A DNA stretch of 64,000 nucleotides. It comes from Macrostomum lignano. Taxonomy: Eukaryota. The position numbers and the translations under genes are program-made. Below the pieces are notes generated by a model. That model worked only from the letters and a program-made list of their open reading frames with translations. It was not told where the DNA came from and did not search any database. This document shows, in pieces, positions 21,902-34,129 of this stretch. The DNA lies in NCBI GenBank assembly GCA_002269645.1, contig NIVC01003270.1:31063-95062 (forward strand). Direction: 5' to 3'. How positions within the stretch are numbered: the stretch's first letter is position 1; every line of letters starts with the position of its first letter.

Positions 21902-24900
21902 TCAGTCATGCAGCTGGGCAATGAGCCGCTCTCTCTCCTTCTCCAGCTCGCCCTCGCTCAGGTCCATGCTGTCCGAGGCGTTCAGCGCCGCCTGCGACTC
22001 CTTCGGCGGTGCATCGTCGGCAGCAGTCTTCGAGGAGCCGCCACCGCGACCTCCGCGCTCGTCACCGGAGGCTGCCGACGACCGGCTGGAATGTCGGCGC
22101 GCGCGCTTCCCGACCGCCGCTGACGACGAGGCGCCGGAGTGGCGCCGACTCCGGTGCTGCCGGCGCCGCGAGCCGCCGCTTTCCTCGCCGTCGTCAGGCA
22201 AGTCATCGCCGCCGCCGCCGCCATCGTCGCGTTTTCGTTTCCGACTACTGCCGCCGCCGCTGGAGGACTTGCCCTCCTTTCTGTGTTTCTTCTGCTCCTT
22301 CTCTTTCTTGTCCTTTTTCTTCTTTTTCTTCTCGCCACCAGCGTCGCCCTCGCCGTCGTCGGAATGCCGACTCTGCTTTTTCTTCTTCTTTTTGGCTTTT
22401 TTGTCGCGCTCGCCGCCGGAGTCCGCCTTCTCGCCGTCCAAGTCGCCGTCGCTGTTTCGACGCGACTTCTTGCGGTCTTTGTCCTTAGACCGGTGGTCCT
22501 TGTCCTTGTCGGCCTCGCGGTCGCGGTCTTTCTTTTTCTTCTTTTTCTTGCTCCCAGCCGCGGCGCCCGTGCCGCCAGACGCTGCGGATGCCGCCGGTTC
22601 GGCGAGGCTCTTCAAGAAGTCCTTGAACACGATGAGGCGCTCGGACTCCAGCGGGATGGCCTGGAAGCAGTCGGCCTGGCCGAATCTCTCCCTGACGGTG
22701 TCCCAGCTGGTGCTGGCGTCAACAGGCGGATCGGCCGAGAACAGCAGCTCCTTGAAGGCCTCGGCATGGCGCTGCATCTTGCGGCGCTCCTCTGCACGCT
22801 TCTCCTGCTCGATGCAGCGCGCCTTCTCCTGCAGGCTGTCGAAGCTGCGCTCCACGTTGCCGGGGTCCAGCGAGCGGCCGCGCTCGTCCGAAGCGATCAG
22901 GCGAAGGAAATCCTCCAGCGCGGTGTCCGGGCAGATGCTGAACGCGCGGTCCTTCATGATCTCCTTCACGATGCGCTTCTCCTCGGGGAATCGTTTCTTC
23001 AGATCGTCCACGTAGAATTTGAACAGGTCCAGCGGCGTGGAGCCCTGCTGGCACAGCATCTGGTCGAAACGACGGTCGCGGCAGATGTCGCGGAAGCAGT
23101 CTTTCCATAGGGAGTTCGCAGTGAGCCGGCCCTGGGGATTGGCAGGAAATGCAAATAGACATTCATTATAGGAGCTTTGCTTTGCTTGTCTATTCTCCTC
23201 AGTGACAGATCTACTCCAATCAGTGACAATCTACTTTAATCAGTGACAGATCTACTTCAATCAGTGACAGATCCACTCTCATCAGTGACAGATCCGCTCC
23301 CATCAGTGACAGATCCACTCTCATCAGTGACGGATCCACTCCCATCAGTGACAGATCCACTCCCATCAGTGACAGATCGACTCTCATCAGTGACAGATCT
23401 ACTTCAATCAGTGACAGATCCATTCTCATCAGTGACAGATCTACTCCAATCAGTGACAGATCGACTCCCATCAGTGACAGATCCACTCCCATCAGTGACA
23501 GATCCACTCCCATCAGTTACAGATCCACTCCAATCAGTGCCAGATCCACTCCAATCAGTGACAGATCCACTCCAATCAGTGACAGATCTACTCCCATCAG
23601 TGACAGATCTACTCCCATCAGTGACAGATCCACTCCCGTCAGTGACAGATCCACTCCCGTCAGTGACAGATCTACTGCCATCAGTGACAGATCTACTCCC
23701 ATCAGTGACAGATCCACTCCCATCAGTGACAGATCCACTCCCGTCAGTGGCAGATCCACTCCAATCAGTGACATATCCACTCCCATCAGTGACAGATCCA
23801 CTCCCGTCAGTGACAGATCCACTCCCGTCAGTGACAGATCCACTCCCGTCAGTGACAGATCCACTCCCATCAGTGACAGATCCACTCCCGTCAGTGACAG
23901 ATCCACTCCCGTCAGTGGCAGATCCACTGCCGTCAGTGACAGATCCGCTCATACCTGGTCATGCAGCTCGTCCAACAGCACAACGAAGGCCTCTCTATTC
24001 TTCCTCTCCTGCCGCCGCTGCCTCAGCTGGTTCTCCTCTTTCTTATCGTCCTCCTCTTTCTCCAGGCGGGTGACGTGTTTCTGAAAGCAGATCAGCGCGT
24101 CCTCCTTGTCCATGTCCAGCAGCTCGCGGTCGGAGCGGAAGCTGGCGCTATTGCTGAGCATCTGCTGTGCCTCAGTCCAGGTGGTCAGGTAGTTCATCTC
24201 CTTCATACCTGCCAGAATCTCACCGAACCGTTCGATATTCCTGCGCTGCAGGGCTCGCTGCGCCTCCCGCTCGCGCTTGTCAATCTCGCGCACCGCGTCA
24301 TCGAAGATGTCCCTGCGGTCCCGTTCGGGGACGGCCGTCCAGACGCGCAGATCGACGAACATCTTCTCGGCTGTGCGGTACTTTGTGCTGGAAGTGATTG
24401 GCGCCGTCTGCAGCAGGAACTGCTCCAGGTCTTCGCGGGCCTTCTTGATCTGCGAGGGTTTGACAAGAAAGCATTGATGGATTAGTATAAGCATGTATAA
24501 GCATTTCAGCAGATATAAACACCCGATTTCAGCTATTATAAACACCCCATTTTAGCATGGATAAACACCCGATACAGCAGATATAAACACTCGATTAAGT
24601 TTTTATAAACACCCAATTTAAGCATATAAAAACACCCAATTAAGTTTATATAAACACCCGATTTCAGCATAGATAAACACTTTTTAGCATATATAAACAC
24701 ATGATTTCAGCAGATATAAACACAAAAGTTTAGCATATATAAACACCTGATTTTAGCTGATATAAACACCCGATTTCATCATAGATATACACACTTTTTT
24801 ATCATAGATAAACACTTGATTTCAGCATAGATAAACACTTGATTTCAGCATAGATAAACACTCAATTTCAGCATATATAAGCATCCAATTTTAGCAGACA

Positions 24901-26302
24901 TAAACACGGATATCAGCATAGATAAACAACCGATTTGAGCAAATATAAACACACGATTTCAGCAGATAAAAACACAAAATTTTAGCATCTATAAACACCT
25001 GATTTTAGCTGATATAAACACCCGATTTCAGTGTATATAAACCCAATTCAGGCGAATAAACACTCAATTTCAGCAGCTATAAAATCAATTTTTTAATCTA
25101 TTCATCTAAACACCGAATTGATGCTCTAATAAAAACATCAACTCAACTTAAGCCTCTCAAAACACAATTAAAGATTGCAAAAACACTCTGATAAGGCTCT
25201 CTATAAACAAACACCCAATAGATGCCTTAAAGAGAATCAAAATAAAGATTCAACTGAAACCAACCTTCAACCGCTGCTCCTCTTTCTCCTCCTTCTGCCG
25301 CTGAGTCTTATAATTATTGAACACCTGGCGCCTGTGCTGCAGGTGTTTCACCTGCTGGTAGCGCGGGTCCTCCTGAATCATGCGCACTGCGGTCTCCCAG
25401 GTAGCGCTGGACGGCACCCGCCTGTCCCGCAGCAGCTCTTTGAATACGTCCTCCTTGCTCTGCTGCTGCTGCTGCGGCTTGTTTTTCTTCTTCTTTCGGC
25501 CGGAGCCGCCGCTGCCGTCCGAGTCCTCGGAGCTGTCGCTGTCGTCATCGGCGCCAGACATGTCGCCGCCGCCGCGCCTTCGCTTGCCGCCGCCTCGCTT
25601 GCCCGCCGCCGACGCCGAACTGCCAGCGTCGGAGGCGGCGGCGTCGGTAGTCGGCGGAATGACGCCGAATGACTCCAGCGTCTTCTTCATCGCTTCCTCT
25701 ATGGCGGAGCTGCCGCCGCCGCCGCCGCCGCCGCCGCTGGCAGCCGGGGAGCCAACGGCGGCGGTAGGCGGAGGCGGCGGCCCAGACTGCTGCAGGTGCT
25801 GCATCTGCCTGAGCGGCTCGATGGCAGCCGCGGCCGCCGCCCGCTGCCGGGCCATCTCAGCCTGCTGCTCAGCCAAGCGGAGCTCCTCAGGCTTGGTCCA
25901 CACGGACTGGTTGGTGACCGAGTGAGAATAGTACACCTTGCCGGCATCCGTGCGGAACTCTCGCCACGGACACCGGGCCATGATCAGCTCCCACTCGGTT
26001 TTCAGATCGTCCGGCTTCTCCCAGACTGTCTTGCCGGTCACCAGGTTGTAATAGTACGTCTTGCCGTCTGGCATCGTGTGCTCCGCCCACTTCTTGTCCG
26101 TCGCAGCCGCCGCAGCTGCCGGGTGCCCCATCTGGTGATGCGGCATGGCGTGAAAGGCGTGGTGGGGCTGCTGCTGATGCTGCGGCGCTGGCGCCGAATA
26201 AGCGCCGGGCGCGGCGCCGCTGGGAAACATTGGCGCCCCGACAACTGGGGATGAGTGCTGTTGGTGCTGCGTGCGAACAGGAAAGCCGTTAGCCGCTGAC
26301 AT
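21902..26302 (-). CDS. PRPF40A: Pre-mRNA-processing factor 40 homologue (2 WW + FF domains, K/R/S-rich tail), ~920 aa
   Basis: Exons 26302-25265, 24449-23955 and 23131-21902, all phase 0 with GT-AG introns. WW motifs [19 protein letters not shown] and WREF..GKVYY..WTKP; FF repeats (VFKELL, FGEIL); conserved [16 protein letters not shown]. The A/B paralogue label is nominal in an invertebrate. Confidence 0.95.
23192..23950. repeat. 21-bp minisatellite (CAGTGACAGATCCACTCCCAT)n, ~36 copies, filling PRPF40 intron 2
   Basis: Directly visible; gives the 7-aa periodic ORFs (SVTDPLP). Confidence 0.97.
24500..25130. repeat. Degenerate ~22-23-bp array (AGCAGATATAAACACCCGATTTC-like) in PRPF40 intron 1
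   Basis: About 20 ATAAACA cores at near-regular spacing. Confidence 0.85.
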
Positions 26303-26457
26303 TGACTGCTGTGTCGGCGTAGGCTAGACTGGGTTCATGCAGTAATGCGCAAAATATTTACTGTATTCATATTCTACTTGAAGTAGACGAATTGGATTAT
26401 CAGTACATCATTTGTGCGCTCAACCCAAATTTAAAACCTGATACAGGCATTGGTTGA

Positions 26458-27912
26458 GTAGCTGGTGGACAGGAACAGTAGCTGATGGACAGGAACAGTA
26501 GCTGGTGGACAGGAACAGTAGCTGGTGGACAGGGACAGTAGCTAATGGACAGGGGCAGTAGCTAATGGACAGGGGCAGTAGCTAATGGACATGGACAGTA
26601 GCTAATGGACAGAGGCAGTAGCTAATGGACATGGACAGTAGCTAATGGACAGGGACAGTAGCTAATGGACAGGGACAGTAGCTAATGGACAGGGGCAGTA
26701 GCTAATGGACAGGGACAGTAGCTAATGGACAGGGGCAGTAGCTAATGGACATGGACGGTAGCTAATGGACAGGGGCAGTAGCTAATGGACAGGGGCAGTA
26801 GCTAATGGACATGGACAGTAGCTAATGGACAGAGGCAGTAGCTAATGGACATGGACAGTAGCTAATGGACAGGGGCAGTAGCTAATGGACAGGGGCAGTA
26901 GCTAATGGACAGGGGCAGTAGCTAATGGACATGGACAGTAGCTAATGGACAGAGGCAGTAGCTAATGGACATGGACAGTAGCTAATGGACAGGGGCAGTA
27001 GCTAATGGACAGGGGCAGTAGCTAATGGACATGGACGGTAGCTAATGGACAGGGGCAGTAGCTGATGGACAGGAGCAGTAGCTAATGGACATGGACGGTA
27101 GCTAATGGACAGGGGCAGTAGCTAATGGACAGGGGCAGTAGCTAATGGACATGGACGGTAGCTAATGGACAGGGGCAGTAGCTAATGGACAGGGGCAGTA
27201 GCTAATGGACAGGGGCAGTAGCTAATGGACATGGACGGTAGCTAATGGACAGGGGCAGTAGCTAATGGACAGGAGCAGTAGCTAATGGACAGGGACAGTA
27301 GCTAATGGACAGGGGCAGTAGCTAATGGACTGGGGCAGTAGCCGGTGGACAGGAACAGTAGCTAATGGTCAGGGACAGAAGCTAATGGACAGGGACAGTA
27401 GCTAATGGTCAGGGACAGTAGCTAATAGACAGGGGCAGTAGCTAATGGACATGGACAGTAGCTAATGGACAGGAGCAGTAGCTAATGGACAGGGACAGTA
27501 GCTAATGGACAGGGGCAGTAGCTAATGGTCAGGGACAGTAGCTAATGGACAGGGGCAGTAGCTAATGGACAGGGGCAGTAGCTAATGGTCAGGGACAGTA
27601 GCTAATGGACAGGGACAGTAGCTAATGGTCAGGGGCAGTAGCTAATGGACAGGGGCAGTAGCTAATGGTCAGGGACAGTAGCTAATGGACAGGGGCAGTA
27701 GCTAATGGACAGGGGCAGTAGCCGGTGGACAGGAACAGTAGCTAATGGACAGGGGCAGTAGCTAATGGACAGGGGCAGTAGCTAATGGTCAGGGACAGTA
27801 GCTAATGGACAGGGGCAGTAGCTAATGGACTGGGGCAGTAGCCGGTGGACAGGAACAGTAGCTAATGGACATGGAAAGTAGCTAATGGACAGAGGCAGTA
27901 GCCGGTGGACAG
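26458..27912. repeat. 20-bp minisatellite (GTAGCTAATGGACAGGGGCA)n, ~72 copies, between the WDR34 3' end and the PRPF40 start
   Basis: Directly visible; three units per 60-nt line. Confidence 0.97.
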
Positions 27913-28405
27913 AAGTTATAACTGGTGAACTAGCAGTCTAGTCTTAGAACCTATAAAAATAATTCAATCGAAAATCGACTTCAAAACGTATGATAAAGCC
28001 GAGTTGGTTATTTATTTGAAACTCTGATTACTTAAATTGCTTGAAGCGATAAAAAATCAAAGGACAGAAGTTAATTTTTAGATATCAAATCAAATTTTAC
28101 TGCATGAATAGAAAAAATCAAAACAGTAATGTACAAGTATTTTAGTTCAAAACGGACGGAGTAAGCGCAGATTCTGACAAGGATTAAGAGAACAGAACAA
28201 GGCAGTGATCTACATCTATATATATACTACTTACTAAGTAGCTTGAAAAAATATTTATCGATTTCAGTAAACAGGAACCATCATCTTGGTTAACCTTTCG
28301 GTTACAATGAGTTTTCGAGCTATTCCCACTGACACCCTACTCACGATTATAGGCAATAAAAAGGCCAAACAGGCTACATGCAATGCATTGTAAGCCCAAA
28401 GACGA

Positions 28406-29637
28406 TCATTCATCCCCAGCTCCTTCGTCACCTGCTTGACCCTCGCCTCCGCCGCCACCTCTGCTGCCAGCTCCAGTAAGGCTGGCAAAGAACTCGCCAA
28501 CAGTGGCAGCGTTGCCAGCGGCTCCCAGATCCGCGTCCTGCCACACCAGCAGCCGGCCATCGGCTGTGCCAGCAGCCAGCCAGCTGGCATTCATCGGGTT
28601 CCACTGGGTGCACAGCACCGCCTGCTGCTGCCCGCTGTCCGCGCCGCCCGCCGCACTCAGGGAAGCCACGGGAGACGCAACAGCCGAGGCGCCGGCTCCG
28701 CCAGCTGCACCGAGCGCGTACACCAGAACCCCGGCGTGCTCAGTTGCTATGGCAACCAGTCCAGGCCGAGCGGCTCCGCTGCTGGCGCAGCCGCCGGCAG
28801 CTCCGGCCGCAGTCTCCAGGCAGAGCAGCGGCGGCAGCGACGTGGCGGAAGCTGAGGCCGGCGGCGCCGCAGCGGACGAGGACTCGCCGCCAACGGCGTA
28901 CATCGAGCAGGCGCCGGAGCCGCCGCTGACGATGAAGAGGCCAGCGGAGGCGCCGGGCATGGCTGGCGCCAGGTGCACCGAGTCCAGCGCCAGCACCATG
29001 CCGAGCCCGCCGCAGTCGATGGCGCGCAGCACTTCGGGATCTCGCGGCGGCGAATTCGGGTCAAACGGCTTGGATTTGGAGGCCCGCGACTTCACCCGGC
29101 AGACCAGCACCGCACCGGCTTCGCAGCCCAGCGCCACTGTCACTGTCGAGGAGGAATCGCCGCTGCGACCGCCGCCGCCGCCGACCAGCCGCGCGCAGGT
29201 GACGCCGACGACGCCAGCCCGGCCGGAGGCGCGAACCCGCAGCGATTTCGGCAGCGACTTGGCCGACAGGCGGTTCGCACCGGCCAAGCCAAGCGTGGCC
29301 TTGCGCGAGTCCAGCAGCCACAGCAGCAGCAGGCCGTCAGCGCCGACAGTCAGCAAGTGGTCCCGGCTGGAGGAGCCGCCGGCGGTGGACTTTTTGATCC
29401 ACAGAATCTGATTGGAAATTTAGTTGGCAAATATGCGATGAGAGTGATCTGCTAGAGGTGCTCAAAAATGAGATTCGAACTCAGGATCGCAGTATTTATA
29501 AGCTATGAACTAGGTAGCTCAACTGTAACGCGTCTGTCTAAGAGTCACACTGGCTCACACTGGTAGCACAGAAAGACAGACACACAGACACACAGACAGA
29601 AAGACAGACAGACAGACAGACAGACACACAGACAGAA

Positions 29638-29674
<37 letters not shown>

Positions 29675-29693
29675 GCCAGACAGACAGACAGCC

Positions 29694-29726
<33 letters not shown>

Positions 29727-29763
29727 GCCAGACAGCCAGACAGACAGACAGACAGCCAGACAG

Positions 29764-29797
<34 letters not shown>

Positions 29798-29825
29798 AGC
29801 CAGACAGCCAGACAGACAGACAGCC

Positions 29826-29856
<31 letters not shown>

Positions 29857-29885
29857 AAGACAGACAGACAGACAGACAGACAGAA

Positions 29886-29916
<31 letters not shown>

Positions 29917-29917
29917 A

Positions 29918-29948
<31 letters not shown>

Positions 29949-30046
29949 AAGACAGACAGACAGACAGACAGACACAGACAGACAGCCAGGCAGACAGACA
30001 GACAGACAGACAGACAGCCAGGCAGATAGACAGACAGACAGACAGC

Positions 30047-30078
<32 letters not shown>

Positions 30079-30940
30079 GAGGCAATTTTAATGTCTGCGA
30101 CTCTAAAACGACTCTACGACTCAAGAAGTCGTACTTGATGCGTGCTAAAGTCGCTGTCGAGCCACTAAGTTGTGCTTGAATCACTAACTAGCCTACTGAG
30201 TTAGTAGAAAGTTGAGGGCCAACACAATAATTCTTAAACGACTCTTGGACGTTTGTGTCGCAACAGTCGCCTCTTTGTCGCATTAGACGCGTTTGAGTCG
30301 TTCGAAAGTCATAAGAGTCGCTAGAGTCACCAGAAAGTTGTTTGTAAGGACTTTTCAGCGATTCTTCTCTTGGTATCGGGGACCCAACGATAATAAGGCT
30401 AAGGCAGTTGTACACCACTAGTCAGCGCGTGCCTGCGTGCGTATCCGAGTGCGGATATTCATGGCTGCTTGCAGTTTGCCTCACCGATGGCTGATAATGA
30501 TCCCGCAAATACAGACAATCAAAGCCAAAGCCTAGATAAACAGATAATTGGTCTGTGCAACCAACTCAACTTACCTCAACAATGGGCTCTTGGTGAGCAA
30601 TCTCCAGTCCGCCCTCTGAGTCAGTAGCGACCGCCTGATGTTTCAGCGAGCTGACAAGCAGCTGCTCGGCCTCCTCCCCCACTGACACATTCCACACCAG
30701 CAGCTCGCCTGTGAAGCTGCCGCCCGCCAGCAGGGAGGCGTTGCTGGGGTGGTATTGCACTGAGGTAACGCAGCTGGACGTCTCGAGAACTGCGTGCGGC
30801 TTCTGCTGCTGCTGCTGGCGGTCCTGCTGCAATGAGTGACATGTTCAGGTGCACTGATTGTGGATAAATGCGGTCTGTTTGGGAGCACAGACGGACAGAC
30901 ACACACAGACAGACAGACACACACAGACAGACAGACAGGC

Positions 30941-31010
<70 letters not shown>

Positions 31011-31012
31011 GC

Positions 31013-31077
<65 letters not shown>

Positions 31078-31124
31078 CACAGACAGACAGACAGGCAGGC
31101 AGGCAGACAGACAGACAGACAGAC

Positions 31125-31169
<45 letters not shown>

Positions 31170-31223
31170 GGCAGGCAGGCAGACAGACAGACAGACAGAC
31201 AGACAGGCAGACAGACAGACAGG

Positions 31224-31271
<48 letters not shown>

Positions 31272-32434
31272 TAGACAAACAGACAGACCCACCTGTCCCC
31301 GCGCAGAGGAGGCATTCCACACGCAGACGGCGCCCCTGTGCAGGCACCAGTCCTGGTGGTCCGACCGGCCCAGCGCAGCGGCCACAAACGCGCCGGTGGC
31401 GCTCCAGCTCAGCGCGGCTACTGGCATGGAATCGATCTCGGGACTGCCAGCGCCGGCTACGACGGACAGTCGAAGCGGCGCTGCGTCGGAGTTGGTGCCG
31501 GCGCCGCCACCGGGTCCGCGGGCGCCATAACGGCCAGACAGAGCGGAGAAGGCGGTGCTGCGCGAGGCGCGCTCGAGCTCCCGGCACATCAAAGGCTCGA
31601 GCCGACGCAGCGCCTGCATCAGTGAGAATAACGGGATGGGTTGGAAATGCTTCTCTGCTTGCCATCGGAAGCTTGAAGAGTTTAGGGCTGATAGCGGCTG
31701 CTTGAATTCAGCTTTTCAGGTGGGGAGTTTACTCAGGTAGCCCATTGCTCAGGTGGGGAATTTACTCAGGTAGCCCATTGCTGAGGTGGGGAATTTACTC
31801 AGGTAGCCCATTGCCCAGGTGGGGAATTTACTCAGGTAGCCCATTGCTCAGGTGGGGAATTTACTCAGGTAGCCCATTGCCCAGGTGGGGAATTTACTCA
31901 GGTAGCCCATTGCTGAGGTGGGGAATTTACTCAGGTAGCCCATTGCTCAGGTGGGAATTTACTCAGGTAGCCCATTGCTCAGGTGGGGAATTTACTCAGG
32001 TAGCTCATTGCTCAGGTGGGGAATTTACTCAGGTAGCCCATTGCTCAGGTGGGGAATTTACTCAGGTAGCCCATTGCTGAGGTGGGGAATTTACTCAGAT
32101 AGCTCATTGCTCAGATGGGTATTTTACATACTCAGGCGGGTAACCCACTTCTCATTTAACTTATTTGTTAAATAACTTATTAGTTTATAAAACCAATAAA
32201 ACTCAGACACACCTTGATAACCTCCGGATCCAGCTCGCTGGAATCAACACTGAGCTCCTCCTGCACGTACATGAAGCTGTCAGTCTGGCACTCGACCTCT
32301 TTGCGCCGGGTGGTCTGCAGGCCGCGCTGGTAGCGGGTGATGGCGGGTGTCTCGGTCTCGCGGTCCTTGGTTTTTACCTCAACGCGCCAGGCCGAGGGGC
32401 AATCGATGACGGCTTGACTCTCGTCTGAGAACAT
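28406..32434 (-). CDS. DYNC2I2: Cytoplasmic dynein-2 intermediate chain 2 (WDR34), WD40 protein, ~598 aa
   Basis: Exons 32434-32213, 31613-31293, 30826-30575 and 29407-28406, all phase 0 with GT-AG introns. Recalled WDR34-like motifs appear in order: SAWR, LRRLEPLMCREL, LSWSATGAFVAAALGRSDHQDW, YHPSNASLLAGGSFTGELLVW, HQEPIVEILW, LTVGADG.LLLW, WNP..ASWLAAGTADGRLLVWQ. Confidence 0.9.
29568..30079. repeat. (GACA)n microsatellite in WDR34 intron 3
   Basis: Directly visible. Confidence 0.97.
30886..31288. repeat. (GACA)n microsatellite in WDR34 intron 2
   Basis: Directly visible; it begins at the donor CAG|GTGGGTCTGTCTGT. Confidence 0.97.
31716..32115. repeat. 33-bp minisatellite (CAGGTGGGGAATTTACTCAGGTAGCCCATTGCT)n, ~12 copies, in WDR34 intron 1
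   Basis: The 33-bp period is visible and gives 11-aa periodic ORFs. Confidence 0.97.
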
Positions 32435-33901
32435 GCTCAAAATTCTATTTAGCAATTCAGCATGAAAATTTTATTGAATTGCTATATTGTCATATTATAT
32501 TGTCAAGGCTAAATGCTGTGTCATCTGATTAGTATTATATTTGTTTTTGGCTAGGCATTTTTGCAGCTTACTTTAGCTACTTTAGTTAATTTTAGAAAAA
32601 AATAAGAATTTTATGGCTGGCCAAATACAATAGCCAGCCAATATTTTATCAAGCTAGCAGCCTATGCCAACAAGATTGCTGAAAAATCACTGAAGCAACA
32701 ATGACAAAAATAAAAATTATATTAAGAAAACCTTATTCTTATGTTTTGAAAGTTTTATGCTTAAAATAAGAAAGAAATTTTTCAAAATTCTTCATTAAAC
32801 TCTAGCCTTAAATAGCACAAATTTAGGTTTAGCTAACAATTCTTGAAGATTGCCCATGCTTTAATCATAGAGAAAAGTGGCTTTGATTTGAATATGGCAT
32901 TAACTAAACTGAATATACATCTACTGAATAAACAATAAAATAGACAAACTGAATTAACATAGACTGAATAGTGCATAGTGAATAATCAAGAAGATTGCCT
33001 TTTAGGAACAAAATTCTGACACAAAAGAGGGTTAGACATGTGCCATGCCATTGCATTCCAGTTCAATAGCAGACAAAGGGGGAAATCTAGAATATTATGA
33101 GTATGATATAAGTCAAAACTTTGACACAAATTGGTATAAGACAAAAACTTTTAGAAAGATAGTATTTTTGTAGATGGAAACTTAGCATATTTGTTTACTA
33201 GTATACTGATAGCTTTTTTTTATTAAAATCTTAATATTCTATGAAAAAGATTTAAATATGAGTTTTACTAGCATTTTTAAATGGAAAATACAGATTTTTG
33301 TTTTGTGTTTTTTTTCATAAAAGTTCTAGCACACGGCACAAGCAGACTTATTTGATAGGAATACTATTCCAAGTAGTTCCACTGCACATTGCAATCAGTT
33401 TTTGATAGAATTTGCTCTGGCACAGATATACCATGATCTTAATTAACTATACTATCACATCTATAGGACCATGTTCAGGAAAATGGCCTTTTTGCTTAAA
33501 AGTTCTAGCATGCAATATTAGCCATTTAGTTTATTGATGTGTTTATTTGGCAATTGGCATGCAAAGTTCTTTGAAAATAAGTAAATATATATTTTAGTTT
33601 TTATAACAAAAGGTAGAACATTTTTAAAAAAAGTTGTAATTAAGAGATAATAGGAGTGTAAATGAAAATAATAATAATACTGATTGAATGTGATAATTTT
33701 ATTTTAAAGAATTTAGCTACTTAAACTTTATGCAACCCATAGTCAGGAAAATGGCTTTTTTTCCCAAAAAATTCCAGTGCAAAAGTGGGTTGGACATTCG
33801 CAGTGTTGGGCAAAGTTCTGGCACTTCTAGCACTTTTAGTACCAGAAGTAATTTTTTAAAGCAGCACTTTTTTCTGGTTCTTTTTTTAAGAATGCTGGAC
33901 T

Positions 33902-34129
33902 TTGGTAATGGAAGTTACTTTTTGATAAAGTCCAGTCCTCCAGTACTTGAACATGAAATTTTAGGTGCCAAACAGTCAATTTAGCACTAAATATTTCCCA
34001 AAAGCACAAAACCTCTTGGTAATGGAAGTTACTTTTTGATAAAGTCCAGTCCTCCAGTACTTGAACATGAAATTTTAGGTGCCAAACAGTCAGTTTAGCA
34101 CTAAATATTTCCCAAAAGCACAAAACCTC
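33902..34129. repeat. Near-perfect 114-bp tandem duplication
   Basis: Copies start at 33902 and 34016; one mismatch seen (GTCAAT/GTCAGT). Confidence 0.9.

Noticed and set aside
21891-23110. Long antisense ORFs over GC-rich exons (also 28503-29411, 25380-25925)
   Set aside because: These are expected shadow ORFs of GC-rich coding sequence on the opposite strand.
207-32115. CRISPR-like arrays
   Set aside because: The units are head-to-tail with no unique spacers, there are no cas genes, and the context is eukaryotic.
146-32175. Long periodic ORFs over the arrays (HHTAAHPQL, FGHLSF, SVTDPLP, VCLS/TDRQ, WGIYSGSPL)
   Set aside because: They arise from stop-free repeat units inside introns of genes on a defined strand; there is no evidence of coding.
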